DNA of 64,000 nt from Candidatus Eiseniibacteriota bacterium (GTDB taxonomy: Bacteria > Joyebacterota > Joyebacteria > Joyebacterales > Joyebacteraceae), in assembly GCA_043815815.1 (NCBI GenBank), contig JBDRIO010000029.1, forward strand, positions 13,650 to 77,649. The letters run 5' to 3'. Below the pieces are notes generated by a model. It did not search any database. It had not been told where the DNA came from and saw nothing but the letters and a program-made list of their open reading frames with translations. Positions 63,907 through 64,000 of this stretch are shown piece by piece. Numbering within the stretch: the first letter of the stretch is position 1; every line of letters begins with the position of its first letter. The position numbers and the translations under genes were made by a program.

Positions 63907-64000
63907 ATGAACGAGCGCAAGGGAGCGGCGACCGCGGGGGGCAACCCGCTGACGCTGCTCGGGAACGAACTCAAGGTCGGCGACAAGGCTCCTGGCTTCG
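63907..64000 (+). CDS. tpx: Thiol peroxidase (Tpx), N-terminal fragment; gene continues beyond window end
   Basis: MNERKGAATAGGNPLTLLGNELKVGDKAPGF matches the Tpx N-terminus. Confidence 0.65.
   Translation, partial: MNERKGAATAGGNPLTLLGNELKVGDKAPGF

Noticed and set aside
1-64000. tRNA, rRNA, integrase/transposase or prophage content
   Set aside because: Intergenic regions were read on both strands. No cloverleaf-compatible 70-90-nt segments with the conserved GTTC-R-A T-loop were seen, no rRNA-like stretches, and no recombinase-like ORFs. Repeats found are short and locus-specific, not IS termini.

Overview
High-GC (about 68%) bacterial chromosome segment. Coding density is high on both strands, and I see no rRNA, tRNA, CRISPR array, transposase or integrase. 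Many long antisense ORFs in the track are GC artefacts. The organism looks like an anaerobe of an FCB-like or candidate-phylum lineage. Evidence: six secreted enzymes end in the same ~80-aa T9SS-type (Por_Secre_tail / FlgD-Ig-like) C-terminal domain, and the window also carries selenocysteine-containing HdrA, cobalamin methyltransferases and B12-radical-SAM genes.

Content by region:

- 1-42 kb: an accessory-like mix of secreted polymer-degrading enzymes and assorted other genes.
  - T9SS-tailed cargo: CBM-esterase, GH13 alpha-amylase, M1 aminopeptidase, LTD-endonuclease I nuclease, GH53 galactanase, beta-helix protein.
  - Three cold-shock protein paralogs, each with a conserved ~270-nt leader, a near-consensus sigma70 promoter and a strong terminator.
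  - Two tandem sulfatase-like paralogs.
  - A four-gene cobalamin-dependent methyltransferase module: MttB-family methyltransferase, MetH-activation-like protein, corrinoid protein, homocysteine S-methyltransferase.
  - Other enzymes: B12-binding radical SAM (DUF4070), 5'-nucleotidase, PaaK/CapK-like ligase, iron-sulfur flavoprotein.
  - Regulators: PadR, ArsR.
- 43-58 kb: a redox module.
  - Four-subunit 2-oxoacid:ferredoxin oxidoreductase (delta-alpha-beta-gamma). The gamma subunit carries a Lys/Ala-rich histone-H1-like tail.
  - Two HdrA paralogs. Each has an in-frame TGA at the position of the known Cys/Sec site (DC[AS]I-U-ILGPKM). One is a double-HdrA fusion and one is fused to MvhD.
  - A standalone MvhD, an HdrD-like HdrC/HdrB fusion, and a small FmdB-like zinc-ribbon gene.
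  - A ~1100-aa GlnE-like tandem nucleotidyltransferase with a fused C-terminal 2x[4Fe-4S] ferredoxin domain. This is the most unusual gene in the window.
- 57.5-62.7 kb (minus strand): RHH/zinc-ribbon regulator, znuA-znuC-znuB-yigZ, and further downstream hdrC-hdrB.
- 62.8-64 kb: Fur-family regulator, rubrerythrin and thiol peroxidase (Tpx).

I also list several locus-specific tandem repeats, including repeats that straddle the stop codons of three unrelated genes, and a set of GC-rich hairpin terminators. Coordinates I derived by hand may be off by 1-3 nt; ORF-track coordinates are used where available.
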